Shown here one piece after another: positions 42,401 to 53,462 of a stretch of 64,000 nucleotides of DNA (position 1 is its first letter; each line of letters opens with the position of its first letter). The position numbers and the translations under genes were made by a program. Origin of the DNA: an uncultured Gemmatimonadales bacterium (lineage in GTDB: Bacteria; Gemmatimonadota; Gemmatimonadetes; Longimicrobiales; Longimicrobiaceae). The stretch is taken from NCBI GenBank assembly GCA_963716255.1, contig OY970303.1, positions 5,760,001 through 5,824,000 of the forward strand. Reading direction: 5' to 3'. The notes under the pieces were generated by a model that worked only from the letters and a program-made list of their open reading frames with translations, searched no databases and was not told where the DNA came from.

Positions 42401-45400
42401 CGGAGGCGCCGGGGGCGGCGGCGGAGCTGTGGCCCTCCATCGGCGAGTACTTCGTCTACGACGAGCTGATCTACTCCGGCCTCACGGGCGACGAGCTGCG
42501 CAACTCCCGCTACCGCGCCGCGCTGGAGCGCCACGCGAGGGGCGGGGTGGTGCTGGACGTGGGGACGGGGGCGGATGCCATCCTGGCGCGCATCGCGGCG
42601 GAGGCCGGCGCGCGGCGGGTGTACGCCGTGGAATTGCTGGACGAGTCGTACCGGCGGGCCCGGGCGCGCGTGGAGTCGCTGGGGCTGCGCGACCGCATCA
42701 CCGTGATCCACGGCGACGCCCGCACCGTCCGCCTCCCCGAGCCGGTGGACGTGATCGTGTCCGAGATCGTGGAGGCGATGGCCGGGGGCGAGGGCGCGGC
42801 GGTGGTGCTGAACGCCGCGCGCCGCCACCTGCGGCCGGGCGGGGTGATGGTGCCGGGGCTCTGCCGCACCCGGGTCGCGGCGGTCGCGCTCCCCGAGGAG
42901 CTGCGCGCCGACCCGCGCTTCACCCCCACGGCCGCGCACTACGTGCGGCGCATCTTCGAGGAGGTGGGCCGCCCCTTCGACGTGCGCCTGTGCGTCCGCG
43001 GCTTCCCGGCGGACGGGCGCATGTCGAGCACCGGCGTCTTCGAGGAGCTGGACTTCCGCTCCGGCCCCGCCGCCCCCGAGCAGCGCCGCCAGGAAACGCT
43101 GACGGTGGAGCGCGACGGCCGCGTGGACGGGCTGCTGCTCTGGCTGTGGATGGAGCTGGCGCCGGGCGAGGAGCTGGACATCCTGGAGGAGGAGACCGCC
43201 TGGTTCCCGGTGTACTTTCCCGTCTTCGACGGGGGCGTGGAGGTGCGCGCGGGGGACCGCATCGTGATGGAGTGCGGCACCGTCCTGTCCGGAAACGGCG
43301 TGGCCCCGGACTACGCGGTGCGCGGCGTGGTGGCGCGCCACGGCCGCGAGCCGGTGGAGTTCGAGCATCGGTCCGCCCACCACGACGCCCCCTTCCGCGC
43401 CTCGCCGCTCCACCGCCTGGTGCTGGCGGAGGACGGCGAGCCCGTGGTGGCGGAGCCGCGGCCGGGCGCCGTGGACCCGGACCACCTGCGGGCGCGGCTG
43501 CGCGAATCGCTCCCCGACTACATGCTCCCCGCGGCCTTCGTGCCCATGGAGAAGCTTCCGCTCTCTCCCAACGGCAAGCTGGACCGCGCCGCCCTCCCCG
43601 CGCCGGAGGCCGTGGCCGCCGGCGCGCGCGAATTCGTGGCGCCGCGCGGCCCCGTGGAGGAGGCGCTGGCGGACATCTGGGCGGGGGTGCTGCGGCGCGA
43701 GCGGGTGGGCGCGCACGACGACTTCTTCGCGCTGGGCGGGCACTCGCTCATGGCCACCCAGGTGATCTCGCGCGTCCGCGAGCGCCTGGGCGCGGAGCTG
43801 CAGCTGCGCGAATTGTTCGAGGTGTCCACGCTGGAGGAGTTCGCGCGGCGGGTGGACGCCGCGATGCGGCAGAGAGCCGGGACGGCGGCCCCGCCGCTCG
43901 TTCCCGTCCCGCGGGACCGGCCGGTCCCCGCGTCGTTCGCGCAGCAGCGCCTGTGGATCATCCAGCAGATGGAGCCGGCGAGCACCGCCTACAACATGCC
44001 GCACGCGCTGCGCCTTCGCGGCGCGCTGGACGCGGGCGCGCTGGAGCGGGCGCTGGACGCGCTGCGCGCCCGCCACGAGTCGCTGCGCACCGTGTTCGCC
44101 GTGGCGGACGGCGCGCCCGTCCAGGTGGTGGAGCCCGCCCGGCCGCGTCCGCTGGAGGTGGAGGACCTGCGCGCTCTCCCGGAGGAGCGGCGCGAAGCGG
44201 CCGCCGCGGAGCGCGCCCTGGCCGAGGTCGCCACGCCCTTCGACCTGGCGCGCGGGCCGCTCCTGCGCGCCCGGCTGCTGCGCCTGGGCGCCGAGGAGTG
44301 GGAGCTGCTGCTCACCCTACACCACGTCGTCACGGACGGCTGGTCCGCCGGCATCCTCCTGCGGGAGCTGTCCGCCCTGTACGCCGCCTTCGCCGGGGGC
44401 GGGGAGGCGCGGCTCCCCGCGCTCCCCGTGCAGTACCCGGACTACGCCGCGTGGCAGCGGAGCTGGCTCGCGGGTGCCGCGCTGGAGCGGCAGCTCGCGT
44501 ACTGGCGCGAACAGCTGCGAGGCGCTCCCCCGCTGCTGGAGCTGCCCGTCGACCGGCCGCGCCCGCCGGTGCAGAGCCCGCGCGGCGCCCACCGCGGGCT
44601 CGTGGTGCCCGGGCACACCGCGGCGGCGCTGCGCGAGCTGGCGCGCCGCGAGGGGGCCACGCTGTTCATGACGCTGCTGGCGGGGTGGCAGGCGCTCTTG
44701 GGGCGCTGGTCCGGCCAGGACGACGTGAGCGTCGGCACCCCCATCGCGGGGCGGACGCGGACGGAGCTGGAGGGGCTGATCGGCTTCTTCGTGAACACGC
44801 TGGTGCTGCGCGCCGACCTGTCCGGCGCCCCGTCGCTGCGCGGCCTGCTCGCCCGGGTCCGCGAGACCACGCTGGGCGCCTACGCGCACCAGGACATCCC
44901 CTTCGAGAAGCTGGTGGAGGAGCTGCAGCCGGAGCGGAGCATGCGGCACACGCCGCTCTTCCAGGTCCTGTTCGTCCTCCAGAACAACGAGCGGGGCGAG
45001 CTGGCGCTGGGCGGGGTGCGGGCGGAGCCGGTGGGCCGCGCGGGGGAGACCACCCAGTTCGACCTGAGCCTGGGGATGGCCGAGGACGGGGCGCGGCTGG
45101 TGGGCGAAGCCTCGTACCGCGCCGAGCTGTTCGACGCGGACACCGTCGACCGCATGCTCGCCCAGTACGCCGCGCTGCTGGAGCGCGCCGCCGCCGAGCC
45201 CGACCGCCCTCTCGTCGAGCTCCCCCTCCTCGCCGACGAGGAACGCGAGGAGGTGCTGGTGCGCTGGAACCGCACCACCGCCGACGCCTCCGCCAGCCTG
45301 TGCATCCACGAGCTGGTGGAGGCGCAGGCGCGCCGCACCCCCGGCGCCGTGGCGCTGGTCGCAGGCGGGGAGCGCGTCACCTTCGCCGCATTGGACCGCG

Positions 45401-48400
45401 ACTCCGCCCGCGTCGCCCGCTTCCTGCGAGGCGCGGGCGTGGGGCCCGAGACCCGCGTCGGCATCTTCCTGGAACGCACCCCGGCCATGGTGGCCGCCCT
45501 CCTGGGCGTGCTGCGGGCCGGCGGGACGTACGTCCCCCTGGACCCCGCCTACCCGCGCGAGCGCACCGCCGCCACCCTGGCGGACTCCGCCGCGCGCGTG
45601 GTGCTCACCCAGGCCTCGCTCGCCGGCATGCTCCCCCCGGACCACGGCGCCCGCGTGGTGCGCCTGGACGCCAACGCCGCCGTGCTGGACGCGGCCCCGG
45701 AGCCCGCCGCGCCCTCCGGCGTGGACCCGGAGAACGCCGCGTACCTGATCTACACCTCCGGCTCCACCGGCCGCCCCAAGGGCGTGGTGATCCGGCACCG
45801 CAGCGCCGTGGCGATGCTCGCCTGGGCCGCCGAGACCTTTTCGGCCGGGGAGCGCGCGGGGCTGCTCGCCTCCACCTCCATCAGCTTCGACATCTCCGTC
45901 TTCGAGATCTTTCTCCCGCTCTCCACCGGCGGCACCGTCGTGCTGGCGCGCAGCGTCCTCCAGCTCCCCGAGCTGGCCGCCGCGGGCACGGTCACGCTGG
46001 TCAACACCGTCCCCTCCGCCTGGGCCGAGCTGCTGCGCGCCGGCGCCGTTCCCGCCTCCGTGCGGACGGTGAACCTGGCCGGCGAGGCGTTCCCGGCGGC
46101 GCTGGCGCGGGACACGTACGCGCTGGGCCACGTGCGCCGCGTCGTCAACCTGTACGGCCCGTCCGAGGACACCACCTACTCCACCTGGGCCGAGGTGGGG
46201 AGCGGCGAGGCGGCGCCGCCCATCGGGCGGCCGCTGCACGGCACTCGCTTCTACGTGCTGGACCGCGCGCTCCAGCCGGTGCCGCGCGGCGTGCGCGGCG
46301 AGCTGTACCTGGCCGGGGTAGGGCTGGCGCGCGGCTACCTGGACCGGCCGGAGCTGACGGCCGAGCGCTGGGTGCCGGACCCGTTCGGCGGGGCGCGCAG
46401 CGGTGGGCGCATGTACCGCACGGGGGACCTGGCGTGGCTGCGGCGCGACGGGCAGCTGGAGTACGCCGGGCGCGCCGACCAGCAGGTCAAGGTGCGGGGC
46501 TTCCGCATCGAGCCGGGCGAGGTCGAGGCGACCCTGCTGGGGCACCCGGCCGTGCGGGAGGCGGTGGTGGTCGCGCGCGAGGACGCGCCCGGCGACCGGC
46601 GCCTGGTGGGATACGTGGTCCCGGCGGAGGGCGCCGCCCCGGCCGGGGACGAGCTGCGCGGCTGGCTGCGCGAGCGGCTGCCGGAGCACATGGTCCCGGC
46701 GGCCGTGGTCGCGCTGGAGCAGCTGCCGCTGACTCCCAGCGGCAAGCTGGACCGCGCCGCCCTCCCGGCGCCGGAGGCGGTGGGCGCCGGGGCGAGCGAG
46801 TACGTGGCGCCGCGCGGCCTCGTGGAGGAGGCGGTGGCGGACATCTGGGCGGGGGTGCTGCGGCGCGAGCGGGTGGGCGCGCACGACGACTTCTTCGCGC
46901 TGGGCGGGCACTCGCTCATGGCCACCCAGGTGATCTCGCGCGTGCGCGACCGCTTCGGCGCCGAGCTCCAGCTGCGGGAGCTGTTCGAGGCTTCCACGCT
47001 GGAGGCGTTCGCCCGCCGGGTGGAGTCGGCGATGCCCGCCGCACCGCCGCGTGAGGTGGACGAGGGCACCTTCGCGTTCCCGCTCTCCTTCGCGCAGCAG
47101 CGCCTCTGGTTCCTGGACCAGATGGCGCCGGGGAACACCGCCTACAACGTCACCGGCGCCCGTCACCTGCGCGGCCGCCTGGACGCCGCGGCGCTGGAGC
47201 GTGCGCTGGACGAGGTGCGGCGCCGCCACGAGTCGCTGCGCACCGTGTTCCGCCTTCGCGGCGGCGAGCCGGTGCAGGTGGTCCTCCCCTGGCGTCCCGC
47301 GCCGCTGCCGCTGGCCGACGTGTCGGCGATGCCCCGTCCGGGGCAGGAGGCGGAGGTGGACCGCCGGGTGGCGGAGATGGCCGGAACGCCCTTCGACCTG
47401 GCGGCGGGGCCGCTGGTTCGCGCGGAGCTGGTGCGGCTGGGGGACGAGGAGCACGTCTTCGTCTTCGGGATGCACCACGTCGTCAGCGACGGGTGGAGCA
47501 TGGGCGTGTTCAACCGCGAGCTGCGCACGCTGTACGAGGCGTTCGCGGCCGGCCTCCCTTCGCCGCTCCCGGAGCTGGAGATCCAGTACCCGGACTTCGC
47601 CCTGTGGCAGCGGGAGCAGCTGGCGGGCGAGGCGCTGGAGCGGCAGGTCGCCTTCTGGCGCGACGCGCTCCGGGACGCGCCCGTGCTCGACCTCCCCACC
47701 GACCGACCGCGCCCGGCGACGCAGACTTTCAACGGCGCCGCGCGGGAGCTGCTCTTCCCGCGCGAGCTGGCCGGGCGGCTGCGCGCCCTGGGCGAGCGCG
47801 AGCGCGCGACGCCGTTCATGGTGCTGATGGCGGCGTGGCAGCTGCTCCTGGCGCGCTGGTCGGGGCAGGAGGACGTGGTCGTCGGCACGCCGACCGCCGG
47901 GAGGGGCCGGCGCGAGATCGAGGGATTGATCGGCTTCTTCGTCAACACCCTGGCCATCCGGGTGGACCTGTCCGGCCGACCCGGCTTCCGGGAGGTGGTG
48001 CGCCGCGTGCGCGAGGCGTCGTTCGCGGCGTTCGCGCATCAGGACCTCCCCTTCGAGAAGATCGTGGAGGAGCTGAAGCCGGAGCGCGACCCCGCCCGCT
48101 CGCCGTTCTTCCAGGTGGTCTTCGCCCTGCAGAACGCCCCCGGCGACTCCGTGAAGACGCCCGGGCTGGAGTGGGGCGGGTGGGGCGGCGAGGGCCGCAC
48201 CGCCAAGTACGACCTGTCGCTGGTGCTGGTGGACACCCCGGAGGGGCTGGCCGGGGTGCTGGAGTACAACACCGACCTGTTCGACCCGGAGACGGCGGAG
48301 CGGACGATCGCGCGGCTGCGCACGGTGCTGGAGGCCGTCGCCGCAAATCCCGAGGTTCCCGTCGGCGACGTGCCGCTCCTCGCCCCCGGCGAGCGCGAGC

Positions 48401-50274
48401 GGCTGGCGGAGTGGAGCGACTCCGGCGCGGCGGAGGCGCCCGCGCGCTGCGTCCACGAGCTGTTCGCGGAGCAGGCCCGGCGCGTGCCGGCCAAGACCGC
48501 CCTGGCCTCCGGCGGCGAGCGCGTCTCGTACGCCGATCTGGACCGCCGCTCGGACGCGCTCGCGGCCCGCCTGCGCGGCCTGGGCGTGGGCCCGGACGCG
48601 CGGGTGGGGACGTGCATGGAGCGGTCGCCCGCCATGGTGGCGGCGCTGCTCGGCGTCCTCAAGGCCGGCGGCGCCTACGTCCCCCTGGACCCCGAGTACC
48701 CGGACGACCGCCTCGCCTTCATGCTGGCCGACGCCGGCGCCCGGGTGCTGGTGACCGACGCGGCGCTGGCCGGGCGCTTCGCGGGCTTCGAGGGGGAAGT
48801 CGTCGTGGCCGACATGCATGAGAGCGTGGAGGACGTGGGTGTGCTGCCGCACTCGCCGTCTCCCGAAAACCTCGCGTACGTCATCTACACCTCCGGCTCC
48901 ACCGGCGAGCCCAAGGGGACCGAGGTGCCGCACCGGGCGATCCCGGGCTTCTTCCGCGGGGTGGACTACGCGCGCTTCGACGGCGAGCAGGTGACGCTGC
49001 AGCACTCCCCGGTGTCGTGGGACGCGCTGACGCTGGAGCTGTGGAGCGCGCTGCTGACGGGGGGGACGTGCGTCCTCCAGCCGGGGCGCGGCGGGGAGCC
49101 GGAGGAGCTGGCCGCGCAGGTGCGGGAGCACGGGGTGGACACGCTCTGGCTGACCTCGGCGTACTTCGACCTGGTGGTGGACGCCTTCCCCGGGGCGCTC
49201 TCGGGGGTGAGGCAGCTCCTGGTGGGGGGCGAGGCGCTGTCGGCGGCGCACGTGCGGCGCGCCCTGGAGGCGTTCCCCGAGATGCGGCTGGTCAACGGCT
49301 ACGGGCCCTCGGAGTGCACCGTGTTCTCGGCGTGCCACGTGGTGCCGCGCGAGTGGGACGGGGCCTCCGTCCCCATCGGCCGGCCGGTGGGCGACCGGCG
49401 CGTGCACGTGCTGGACGCGTCGCTGGAGCCGATGCCCGTGGGGATGCCGGGCGAGCTGTGCGTGGGCGGGCCCGGCGTGGCGCGCGGCTACCTGGGGCGG
49501 CCGGCGCTCACGGCGGAGCGCTTCGTCCCGGACCCGTTCGCCGCGGAGCCGGGCGGCGGGGCGCGCATGTACCGCTCGGGCGACCGGGCGCGCTGGCGCG
49601 CGGACGGGACGCTGGAGTTCCTGGGCCGGCTGGACCGGCAGGCCAAGGTGCGCGGCTTCCGCGTGGAGCCGGGCGAGGTGGAGGCGGCGCTGGCGCGCCT
49701 CCCCGGAGTGCGCAGGGCGGCCGCCGTGGTCCGCGAGGACGCCCCCGGCGACCGCCGGCTCGTCGCCTACGCGGTCGCGGAGGAGGGCGCGGCGCCCACC
49801 GGCGCGGAGCTTCGCTCGGCGCTGGCCGCCTCGCTCCCCGGGCACCTGGTCCCCTCGGCTGTGGTGCTGCTGGACGCGCTGCCGCTGACCCCGCGGGGGA
49901 AGCTGGACCGGCGCGCCCTGCCGGCGCCCGACGCGGGCGCGGCGGCGGCGGTGACGTTCGTGGCGCCGCGAACGCCCACGGAGGAGCGTATCGCCGCCAT
50001 CTGGAGCGAGGTGCTGCGCGTGGAGCGGGTGGGCGTGCACGACCGCTTCTTCGACCTGGGCGGGCACTCGCTCCTCGCCACGCAGGTGGTCACCCGCGTG
50101 CGCGAGGCGCTGGGCGCGGAGCTTCCGCTGCGCGTCCTCTTCGAGACCCCCACGGTGGCCGCCCTTGCCGCCCGCGTGGAGGCGGGGCGCGCGCTGGAGC
50201 CGGGGGACGAACGCATCGCGCCGCAGGCGCGCGAGGGGAGGGGGCGGCGGGCGGCGCGCAGGCCGCGGGGGTAG
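39472..50274 (+). CDS. NRPS C-A(MT)-PCP-C-A-PCP-C-A-PCP, ~3600 aa
   Basis: Docking helix [13 protein letters not shown]; three C, three A and three GGHS motifs; SAM-methyltransferase insert at ~42421-43440 between A8 and A9. Codes ~DIWHFGLIIK (unknown), DIFNNALTYK (Ala), DALWLGGVFK (Val-like). No TE. Confidence 0.95.
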   Translation: MQKSDGRSGGAALSDAKRALLEKRLRGQAAGAARQRDVITPRETAGPPPLSFAQERLWVLDQLDPGSPVYNIAAVSYLDGPLDLELLERTLREILRRHEALRTVFPRVGGEPVQALLDPADFALELEEIPRMPEAERDAYVRRRTREEGSRRFDLAAGPLFRVRIYRLSPTRHVFHTIKHHIVTDGWSMGALSRELEVIYKAFATGEPSPLPELQIQYRDYAAWQREYLTGETLKRQVDYWRGHLAGVPNLEMPTDRPRPPVESHRGAFHRFVIPAEVTAGLHALSRREGVTLNMTITAAWAVLLARYAGQDDFAMGTLIGNRNRAETEGLIGFFVNTAALRMDLSGDPGFREFLRRTRGALLDADAHQDLPFERVVEELRPPRDLSRHPVFQAMFFLHAFVVQHAPMPNPDLGGVTFAAFDPESGIALQDTGAAKFDLGLGMVELGGVLSAILEYATDLFDAATAERICDHLNTLLAAVVADPDACVWDLPMAPDAELRVLEARGAARADFPPEWTVPERFRAQAARTPQAPAVRAGSESLAYAELDARAGRLAGRLRALGVRPGDRVGVALERSPDGVAAMLATWKAGGVYVPLDPGYPRDRLAFMLADAAPGVLVTSSGLAAALPEFGGEVVLVDEEAPSPPGPLSPASGRKGENDDVSSAPLPLAGEGLGRGPSSLAYLIYTSGSTGTPKAVAVSHGALAATLAASGEAFGFGAEDVVTALASSAFDISLWETLSPLLAGGTALLVPREIVADAAAVLEAARDATVLHAVPALMREVVRAARERGAPSRLRALFVGGDAVPPELLAEMREAFPAAATHVLYGPTEAAIICASFRVPREGEVAGNPIGTPLGNAALSVRDPRGAPSPPGVPGELWIGGASVAEGYLGRPELTAEAFVAEDGARWYRTGDRARWRADGTLEWLGRTDRQVKVRGFRIEPGEIEAALTRLPEVRDAAVAVREDEPGERRLVAYVVPEAPGAAAELWPSIGEYFVYDELIYSGLTGDELRNSRYRAALERHARGGVVLDVGTGADAILARIAAEAGARRVYAVELLDESYRRARARVESLGLRDRITVIHGDARTVRLPEPVDVIVSEIVEAMAGGEGAAVVLNAARRHLRPGGVMVPGLCRTRVAAVALPEELRADPRFTPTAAHYVRRIFEEVGRPFDVRLCVRGFPADGRMSSTGVFEELDFRSGPAAPEQRRQETLTVERDGRVDGLLLWLWMELAPGEELDILEEETAWFPVYFPVFDGGVEVRAGDRIVMECGTVLSGNGVAPDYAVRGVVARHGREPVEFEHRSAHHDAPFRASPLHRLVLAEDGEPVVAEPRPGAVDPDHLRARLRESLPDYMLPAAFVPMEKLPLSPNGKLDRAALPAPEAVAAGAREFVAPRGPVEEALADIWAGVLRRERVGAHDDFFALGGHSLMATQVISRVRERLGAELQLRELFEVSTLEEFARRVDAAMRQRAGTAAPPLVPVPRDRPVPASFAQQRLWIIQQMEPASTAYNMPHALRLRGALDAGALERALDALRARHESLRTVFAVADGAPVQVVEPARPRPLEVEDLRALPEERREAAAAERALAEVATPFDLARGPLLRARLLRLGAEEWELLLTLHHVVTDGWSAGILLRELSALYAAFAGGGEARLPALPVQYPDYAAWQRSWLAGAALERQLAYWREQLRGAPPLLELPVDRPRPPVQSPRGAHRGLVVPGHTAAALRELARREGATLFMTLLAGWQALLGRWSGQDDVSVGTPIAGRTRTELEGLIGFFVNTLVLRADLSGAPSLRGLLARVRETTLGAYAHQDIPFEKLVEELQPERSMRHTPLFQVLFVLQNNERGELALGGVRAEPVGRAGETTQFDLSLGMAEDGARLVGEASYRAELFDADTVDRMLAQYAALLERAAAEPDRPLVELPLLADEEREEVLVRWNRTTADASASLCIHELVEAQARRTPGAVALVAGGERVTFAALDRDSARVARFLRGAGVGPETRVGIFLERTPAMVAALLGVLRAGGTYVPLDPAYPRERTAATLADSAARVVLTQASLAGMLPPDHGARVVRLDANAAVLDAAPEPAAPSGVDPENAAYLIYTSGSTGRPKGVVIRHRSAVAMLAWAAETFSAGERAGLLASTSISFDISVFEIFLPLSTGGTVVLARSVLQLPELAAAGTVTLVNTVPSAWAELLRAGAVPASVRTVNLAGEAFPAALARDTYALGHVRRVVNLYGPSEDTTYSTWAEVGSGEAAPPIGRPLHGTRFYVLDRALQPVPRGVRGELYLAGVGLARGYLDRPELTAERWVPDPFGGARSGGRMYRTGDLAWLRRDGQLEYAGRADQQVKVRGFRIEPGEVEATLLGHPAVREAVVVAREDAPGDRRLVGYVVPAEGAAPAGDELRGWLRERLPEHMVPAAVVALEQLPLTPSGKLDRAALPAPEAVGAGASEYVAPRGLVEEAVADIWAGVLRRERVGAHDDFFALGGHSLMATQVISRVRDRFGAELQLRELFEASTLEAFARRVESAMPAAPPREVDEGTFAFPLSFAQQRLWFLDQMAPGNTAYNVTGARHLRGRLDAAALERALDEVRRRHESLRTVFRLRGGEPVQVVLPWRPAPLPLADVSAMPRPGQEAEVDRRVAEMAGTPFDLAAGPLVRAELVRLGDEEHVFVFGMHHVVSDGWSMGVFNRELRTLYEAFAAGLPSPLPELEIQYPDFALWQREQLAGEALERQVAFWRDALRDAPVLDLPTDRPRPATQTFNGAARELLFPRELAGRLRALGERERATPFMVLMAAWQLLLARWSGQEDVVVGTPTAGRGRREIEGLIGFFVNTLAIRVDLSGRPGFREVVRRVREASFAAFAHQDLPFEKIVEELKPERDPARSPFFQVVFALQNAPGDSVKTPGLEWGGWGGEGRTAKYDLSLVLVDTPEGLAGVLEYNTDLFDPETAERTIARLRTVLEAVAANPEVPVGDVPLLAPGERERLAEWSDSGAAEAPARCVHELFAEQARRVPAKTALASGGERVSYADLDRRSDALAARLRGLGVGPDARVGTCMERSPAMVAALLGVLKAGGAYVPLDPEYPDDRLAFMLADAGARVLVTDAALAGRFAGFEGEVVVADMHESVEDVGVLPHSPSPENLAYVIYTSGSTGEPKGTEVPHRAIPGFFRGVDYARFDGEQVTLQHSPVSWDALTLELWSALLTGGTCVLQPGRGGEPEELAAQVREHGVDTLWLTSAYFDLVVDAFPGALSGVRQLLVGGEALSAAHVRRALEAFPEMRLVNGYGPSECTVFSACHVVPREWDGASVPIGRPVGDRRVHVLDASLEPMPVGMPGELCVGGPGVARGYLGRPALTAERFVPDPFAAEPGGGARMYRSGDRARWRADGTLEFLGRLDRQAKVRGFRVEPGEVEAALARLPGVRRAAAVVREDAPGDRRLVAYAVAEEGAAPTGAELRSALAASLPGHLVPSAVVLLDALPLTPRGKLDRRALPAPDAGAAAAVTFVAPRTPTEERIAAIWSEVLRVERVGVHDRFFDLGGHSLLATQVVTRVREALGAELPLRVLFETPTVAALAARVEAGRALEPGDERIAPQAREGRGRRAARRPRG
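41393..41500 (+). repeat. Palindromic repeat inserted in frame in an A domain (copy B, variant)
   Basis: Two GC hairpins; translates as [17 protein letters not shown]...[13 protein letters not shown] before A3. Confidence 0.75.
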
Positions 50275-50317
50275 CCGCGGGAACCTCCCGGGCCCGGCAC
50301 GTGTTTCACGACAGGTG

Positions 50318-50346
50318 TTGTAGGTCCGCGAGGTCGTTGCTATCTT
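50318..50346 (+). promoter_or_regulatory. sigma70-like promoter for the lanthipeptide precursor array
   Basis: TTGTAG-17 nt-TATCTT with an extended -10 TG at 50338-50339. Confidence 0.6.
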
Positions 50347-50462
50347 CGGAGGGCAGGCGGGAGGTCCGTTCCCGGGAGGGCGCGGACGCCCCCGCCACGG
50401 CCCGGTCCGGGAGGACGCGCCTCCCCGGCCGCAGACGTCCACCCACATCCAGGGAGCCGTCC

Positions 50463-50621
50463 ATGTCGCCCAAGACCACGCCGAAGTCCCGCAAGCTCGT
50501 CCTGAACCGCGACACGATCCGCAACCTGGAGGACCAGGCGGCGGTCAGGTTCGGCCCGCACACCAGCGAGACCGAGGCCTGCTGCCCGGACGTCATCGAC
50601 ACCACGGGCCGCAGCGCCTGA
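50463..50621 (+). CDS. lanA: Class I lanthipeptide precursor A1 (52 aa)
   Basis: [61 protein letters not shown]. Confidence 0.88.
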   Translation: MSPKTTPKSRKLVLNRDTIRNLEDQAAVRFGPHTSETEACCPDVIDTTGRSA

Positions 50622-50669
50622 CGCCACCCGCAGTCCCACGTCCCACACCCCCACACAGGAGACGCAAGC

Positions 50670-50828
50670 ATGTCGCCCAAGACCACGCTCAAGTCCCGCA
50701 AGCTCGTCCTCAGCCGCGAGACGGTCCGCAACCTCGAGGACCTGTCCACGGTGAAGTTCGGGCCGCACACCAGCGAGACCCGGGCCTGCTGCCCGTCGAT
50801 CGTCGACACCGCCGTCGACACCGTCTGA
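50670..50828 (+). CDS. lanA: Class I lanthipeptide precursor A2 (52 aa)
   Basis: MSPKTTLKSRKLVLSRETVRNLEDLSTVKFGPHTSETRACCPSIVDTAVDTV; AGGAG RBS. Confidence 0.88.
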   Translation: MSPKTTLKSRKLVLSRETVRNLEDLSTVKFGPHTSETRACCPSIVDTAVDTV

Positions 50829-50869
50829 CGCGGTATCGCTCCTCCCACCCCCAGAAAGGAGACGCACGC

Positions 50870-51037
50870 ATGTCGCCCAAGCCCATCCACACGACCCGCA
50901 AGCTCGCCCTGAACCGGGAAACCCTCCGCAGCCTGGAGGACCAGGGCGTCGTCAAGTTCGGCCCGCAGACCAGCGAGCGCCGCGCCTGCTGCGGCGAGAC
51001 CATCGACGTCAACGGGCACCCGATCACGATCGTCTGA
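50870..51037 (+). CDS. lanA: Class I lanthipeptide precursor A3 (55 aa)
   Basis: MSPKPIHTTRKLALNRETLRSLEDQGVVKFGPQTSERRACCGETIDVNGHPITIV; AAGGAG RBS. Confidence 0.88.
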   Translation: MSPKPIHTTRKLALNRETLRSLEDQGVVKFGPQTSERRACCGETIDVNGHPITIV

Positions 51038-51042
51038 TGCTC

Positions 51043-51075
51043 CGGCGGCGCCCGGCGAGCAGCCGGGCGCCGCCG
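51043..51075 (+). terminator. Stem-loop separating precursor families A1-A3 and A4-A8
   Basis: CGGCGGCGCCCGGC-gagca-GCCGGGCGCCGCCG, perfect 14-bp stem. Confidence 0.6.
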
Positions 51076-51110
51076 CTTCCGGCCCGGACCCCATCGACAG
51101 GAGAAGTCCC

Positions 51111-51275
51111 ATGTCCCCCGTCCACGCTCCGAAGAGCCGCCGGCTGAGCCTTGCCCGCGAGACGCTGCGTGCCCTCACGGACCGCTCCTATGCCGCGATA
51201 ACCATTCAGCAGCAGGTCATCACGAGCTGCGGAGATCCCGGGTGCGCCTGCCCCGACAGGACCGCGGAGTACTGA
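51111..51275 (+). CDS. lanA: Class I lanthipeptide precursor A4 (54 aa)
   Basis: MSPVHAPKSRRLSLARETLRALTDRSYAAITIQQQVITSCGDPGCACPDRTAEY; AGGAG RBS. Confidence 0.88.
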   Translation: MSPVHAPKSRRLSLARETLRALTDRSYAAITIQQQVITSCGDPGCACPDRTAEY

Positions 51276-51318
51276 TACCCGCCACGCTCACGCTCACCAC
51301 GAACCAAGAGGCATTGCC

Positions 51319-51486
51319 ATGTCCCCGATCTCCGGCAAGAAGACCGTCCGCAGGCTCGTCCTGGGCCGCGAGACCGTACGCGCCCTCACGGAGGCGCGCC
51401 CCCCGCGCGCGATCACCATGTTGCCGCAGGAAGTGACGAGCTGCGGAGCAGAGTGCGGCTGCACCGGCATGATGCAGGCGCGCTGA
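51319..51486 (+). CDS. lanA: Class I lanthipeptide precursor A5 (55 aa)
   Basis: MSPISGKKTVRRLVLGRETVRALTEARPPRAITMLPQEVTSCGAECGCTGMMQAR. Confidence 0.88.
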   Translation: MSPISGKKTVRRLVLGRETVRALTEARPPRAITMLPQEVTSCGAECGCTGMMQAR

Positions 51487-51523
51487 CCGCGGCCACGCTC
51501 ACCACCCACCAGGAGGCATCGCC

Positions 51524-51700
51524 ATGTCCCCGATCTCCAAGAAGTCCGTCCGCAGGCTCGTGCTCGGCCGCGAGACCGTCCGCGCCCTCACCGGTCCGAT
51601 CAACAGTCTGGGCAGCACGCTGGCCGAAGCGACGCTCGACGGCCGCGCGACCAGCTGCGGCGTGGAATGCGGCTGCACCGGCATGATGCAGGCGCGCTGA
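51524..51700 (+). CDS. lanA: Class I lanthipeptide precursor A6 (58 aa)
   Basis: MSPISKKSVRRLVLGRETVRALTGPINSLGSTLAEATLDGRATSCGVECGCTGMMQAR; AGGAGG RBS. Confidence 0.88.
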   Translation: MSPISKKSVRRLVLGRETVRALTGPINSLGSTLAEATLDGRATSCGVECGCTGMMQAR

Positions 51701-51740
51701 CCGTTCCCGGCACACTCACCCATCTCCAGGAGCCCTCGCC

Positions 51741-51905
51741 ATGCCGCCGATGTCCACCCGGAAGACCGCCCGCAAGCTCGTCCTCGGCCGCGAGACCGTG
51801 CGCACGCTGACCCGCCCGCGCTCGCAGATCGACCAGACGATCGTCGCCGACGAGACCAGCTGCGGCGAGGTCTGCACCTGCGCCTGCGGGACGCAGTTCT
51901 GCTGA
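51741..51905 (+). CDS. lanA: Class I lanthipeptide precursor A7 (54 aa)
   Basis: MPPMSTRKTARKLVLGRETVRTLTRPRSQIDQTIVADETSCGEVCTCACGTQFC; AGGAG RBS. Confidence 0.88.
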   Translation: MPPMSTRKTARKLVLGRETVRTLTRPRSQIDQTIVADETSCGEVCTCACGTQFC

Positions 51906-51945
51906 CTGTCCCCTGATTCCACTCACTTCCACGCCGGGAGGACTC

Positions 51946-52107
51946 GTGCCCGTTCAGACCCAGACGGCCGCGAAGCGGCTGGTGCTCGGCCGGGAAACCC
52001 TGCGCACGCTCGGAGCCGCCGTCGCGGCGCCGCGCGCGGCGACCTGCATGGGCGGCTGCTCCTGCCTCTGCGGCCCCGACACCTTCGAGACGGCGGACCT
52101 CAAGTAG
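51946..52107 (+). CDS. lanA: Class I lanthipeptide precursor A8 (53 aa, GTG start)
   Basis: MPVQTQTAAKRLVLGRETLRTLGAAVAAPRAATCMGGCSCLCGPDTFETADLK; GGAGG RBS. Confidence 0.85.
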   Translation: MPVQTQTAAKRLVLGRETLRTLGAAVAAPRAATCMGGCSCLCGPDTFETADLK

Positions 52108-52121
52108 ACGGGTGACGGGAA

Positions 52122-52170
52122 GGCGCGGCGGGACCGTGATTTCGCGCGGACCCGCCGCGCCCCGCTTTTC
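52122..52170 (+). terminator. Imperfect hairpin with short T tract between the precursor array and lanC
   Basis: GGCGCGGCGGG...CCCGCCGCGCC followed by TTTT. Confidence 0.55.
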
Positions 52171-52190
52171 ATGACGACGCGACACGGGAC

Positions 52191-53462
52191 ATGACGGAAC
52201 GCAGCGAGCGGGAGTGGCGCCCCATCCTGGAGGGCGTGGAGGCGGAGCGGGCGGTGGCGGTGGCGCGCGAGATCGCGGCGGCGCTCCCGGACCCCGGGGC
52301 GGTGGACGGCGGCGACCCGGCGCTCGCCGGCGGCGACGCGGGCGTGGCCCTGCTGCACGCCTGGCTGGCGCGCGCGGGCGCGGGCGACGGCGAGCGGGCG
52401 GGCCCGCACCTGGACGCGGCCGTCGACGCGCTGGCGAGCATCCCCCTGGCGACCGCGCTGTACGGCGGCTTCACCGGCGTGGCGTGGAGCGCGGAGCTGC
52501 TCCAGGGCGGCGCCCCCGGGGACGACGACGGCGACGACTTCAACGCCGACATCGACGACGCGCTGCTCACCCACGTGGGGCAGTCGCCCTGGACCACGCA
52601 CTACGACCTGGTGTCCGGGCCGGTGGGGCTCGCGGTGTACGCGCTGGAGCGGCTCCCCCGCCCGTCGGCGGCGGCGGTGCTGGAGCAGATCGTGGCGCGG
52701 CTGGAGGAGACCGCCGTCGCCATGCCGGGGGGCGGCCTCGCCTGGCACACCGCCTGGGACCTGCTCCCGGCGTACCAGCGCCCCGCCTTCGCCAGCGGGC
52801 ACTACAACCTGGGGGTGGCGCACGGCGTCCCCGGGGTGGTGTCTGTGCTGGGGCAGGCCGTGGGCGCCGGGGTCGCGGCGGAGCGGGCGCGCCCGCTCCT
52901 GGAGGGCGCGGTGGAGTGGCTGCTCGCGCAGGAGCTGCCGGCGGACTCGCCCTCGCGCTTCGCCTACAGCGCCGCGGAGGGGGTGGCGGCGGCGCCGTCG
53001 CGCGCGGCGTGGTGCTACGGCGACCCGGGGATCGCGGCGGCGCTGCTGGTGGCGGCGCGCGGCGCGGGCGAGGAGGCGTGGGAGCGCGAGGCGCTGCGGA
53101 TCGCGCGGAGCGCGGCGCGGCGCCCGCCGGAGGACGCGGGAGTGGTGGACGCCGGGATCTGCCACGGCGCGGCGGGGCTGGCGCTGGTCTACGACCGGAT
53201 CTTCCAGGCCACCGGCGACGAGGAACTGCGCGACGCGGCCCGCGCGTGGACCGATCGAACCCTGGAGCTGCGGAAGCCGGGGGAGGGCGTGGCCGGCTTC
53301 CGCTCCTGGGGCCCGCCGCGCGGCGGCGGACCCTCGGCGTGGCTGGACGACGCGGGGATCCTCACCGGGGCGGCCGGGGTGGCGCTGACGCTCCTCGCCG
53401 CCGCCACCCCCGTGGAGCCGGAGTGGGACCGCTTCCTCCTGGTCTCCTCGCGCTTCGCATGA
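52191..53462 (+). CDS. lanC: Lanthionine cyclase LanC
   Basis: YDLVSGPVG, NLGVAHGVPG (catalytic His), AWCYGDPG and GICHGAAG (Zn ligands Cys, Cys, His), GILTGAAGV. Confidence 0.95.
   Translation: MTERSEREWRPILEGVEAERAVAVAREIAAALPDPGAVDGGDPALAGGDAGVALLHAWLARAGAGDGERAGPHLDAAVDALASIPLATALYGGFTGVAWSAELLQGGAPGDDDGDDFNADIDDALLTHVGQSPWTTHYDLVSGPVGLAVYALERLPRPSAAAVLEQIVARLEETAVAMPGGGLAWHTAWDLLPAYQRPAFASGHYNLGVAHGVPGVVSVLGQAVGAGVAAERARPLLEGAVEWLLAQELPADSPSRFAYSAAEGVAAAPSRAAWCYGDPGIAAALLVAARGAGEEAWEREALRIARSAARRPPEDAGVVDAGICHGAAGLALVYDRIFQATGDEELRDAARAWTDRTLELRKPGEGVAGFRSWGPPRGGGPSAWLDDAGILTGAAGVALTLLAAATPVEPEWDRFLLVSSRFA

Noticed and set aside
50463..52107. ~200-bp periodic array considered as a CRISPR array or non-coding tandem repeat
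   Set aside because: Units are RBS-led ORFs conserved at protein level with synonymous variation; there are no identical 25-45 bp repeats and no cas genes.
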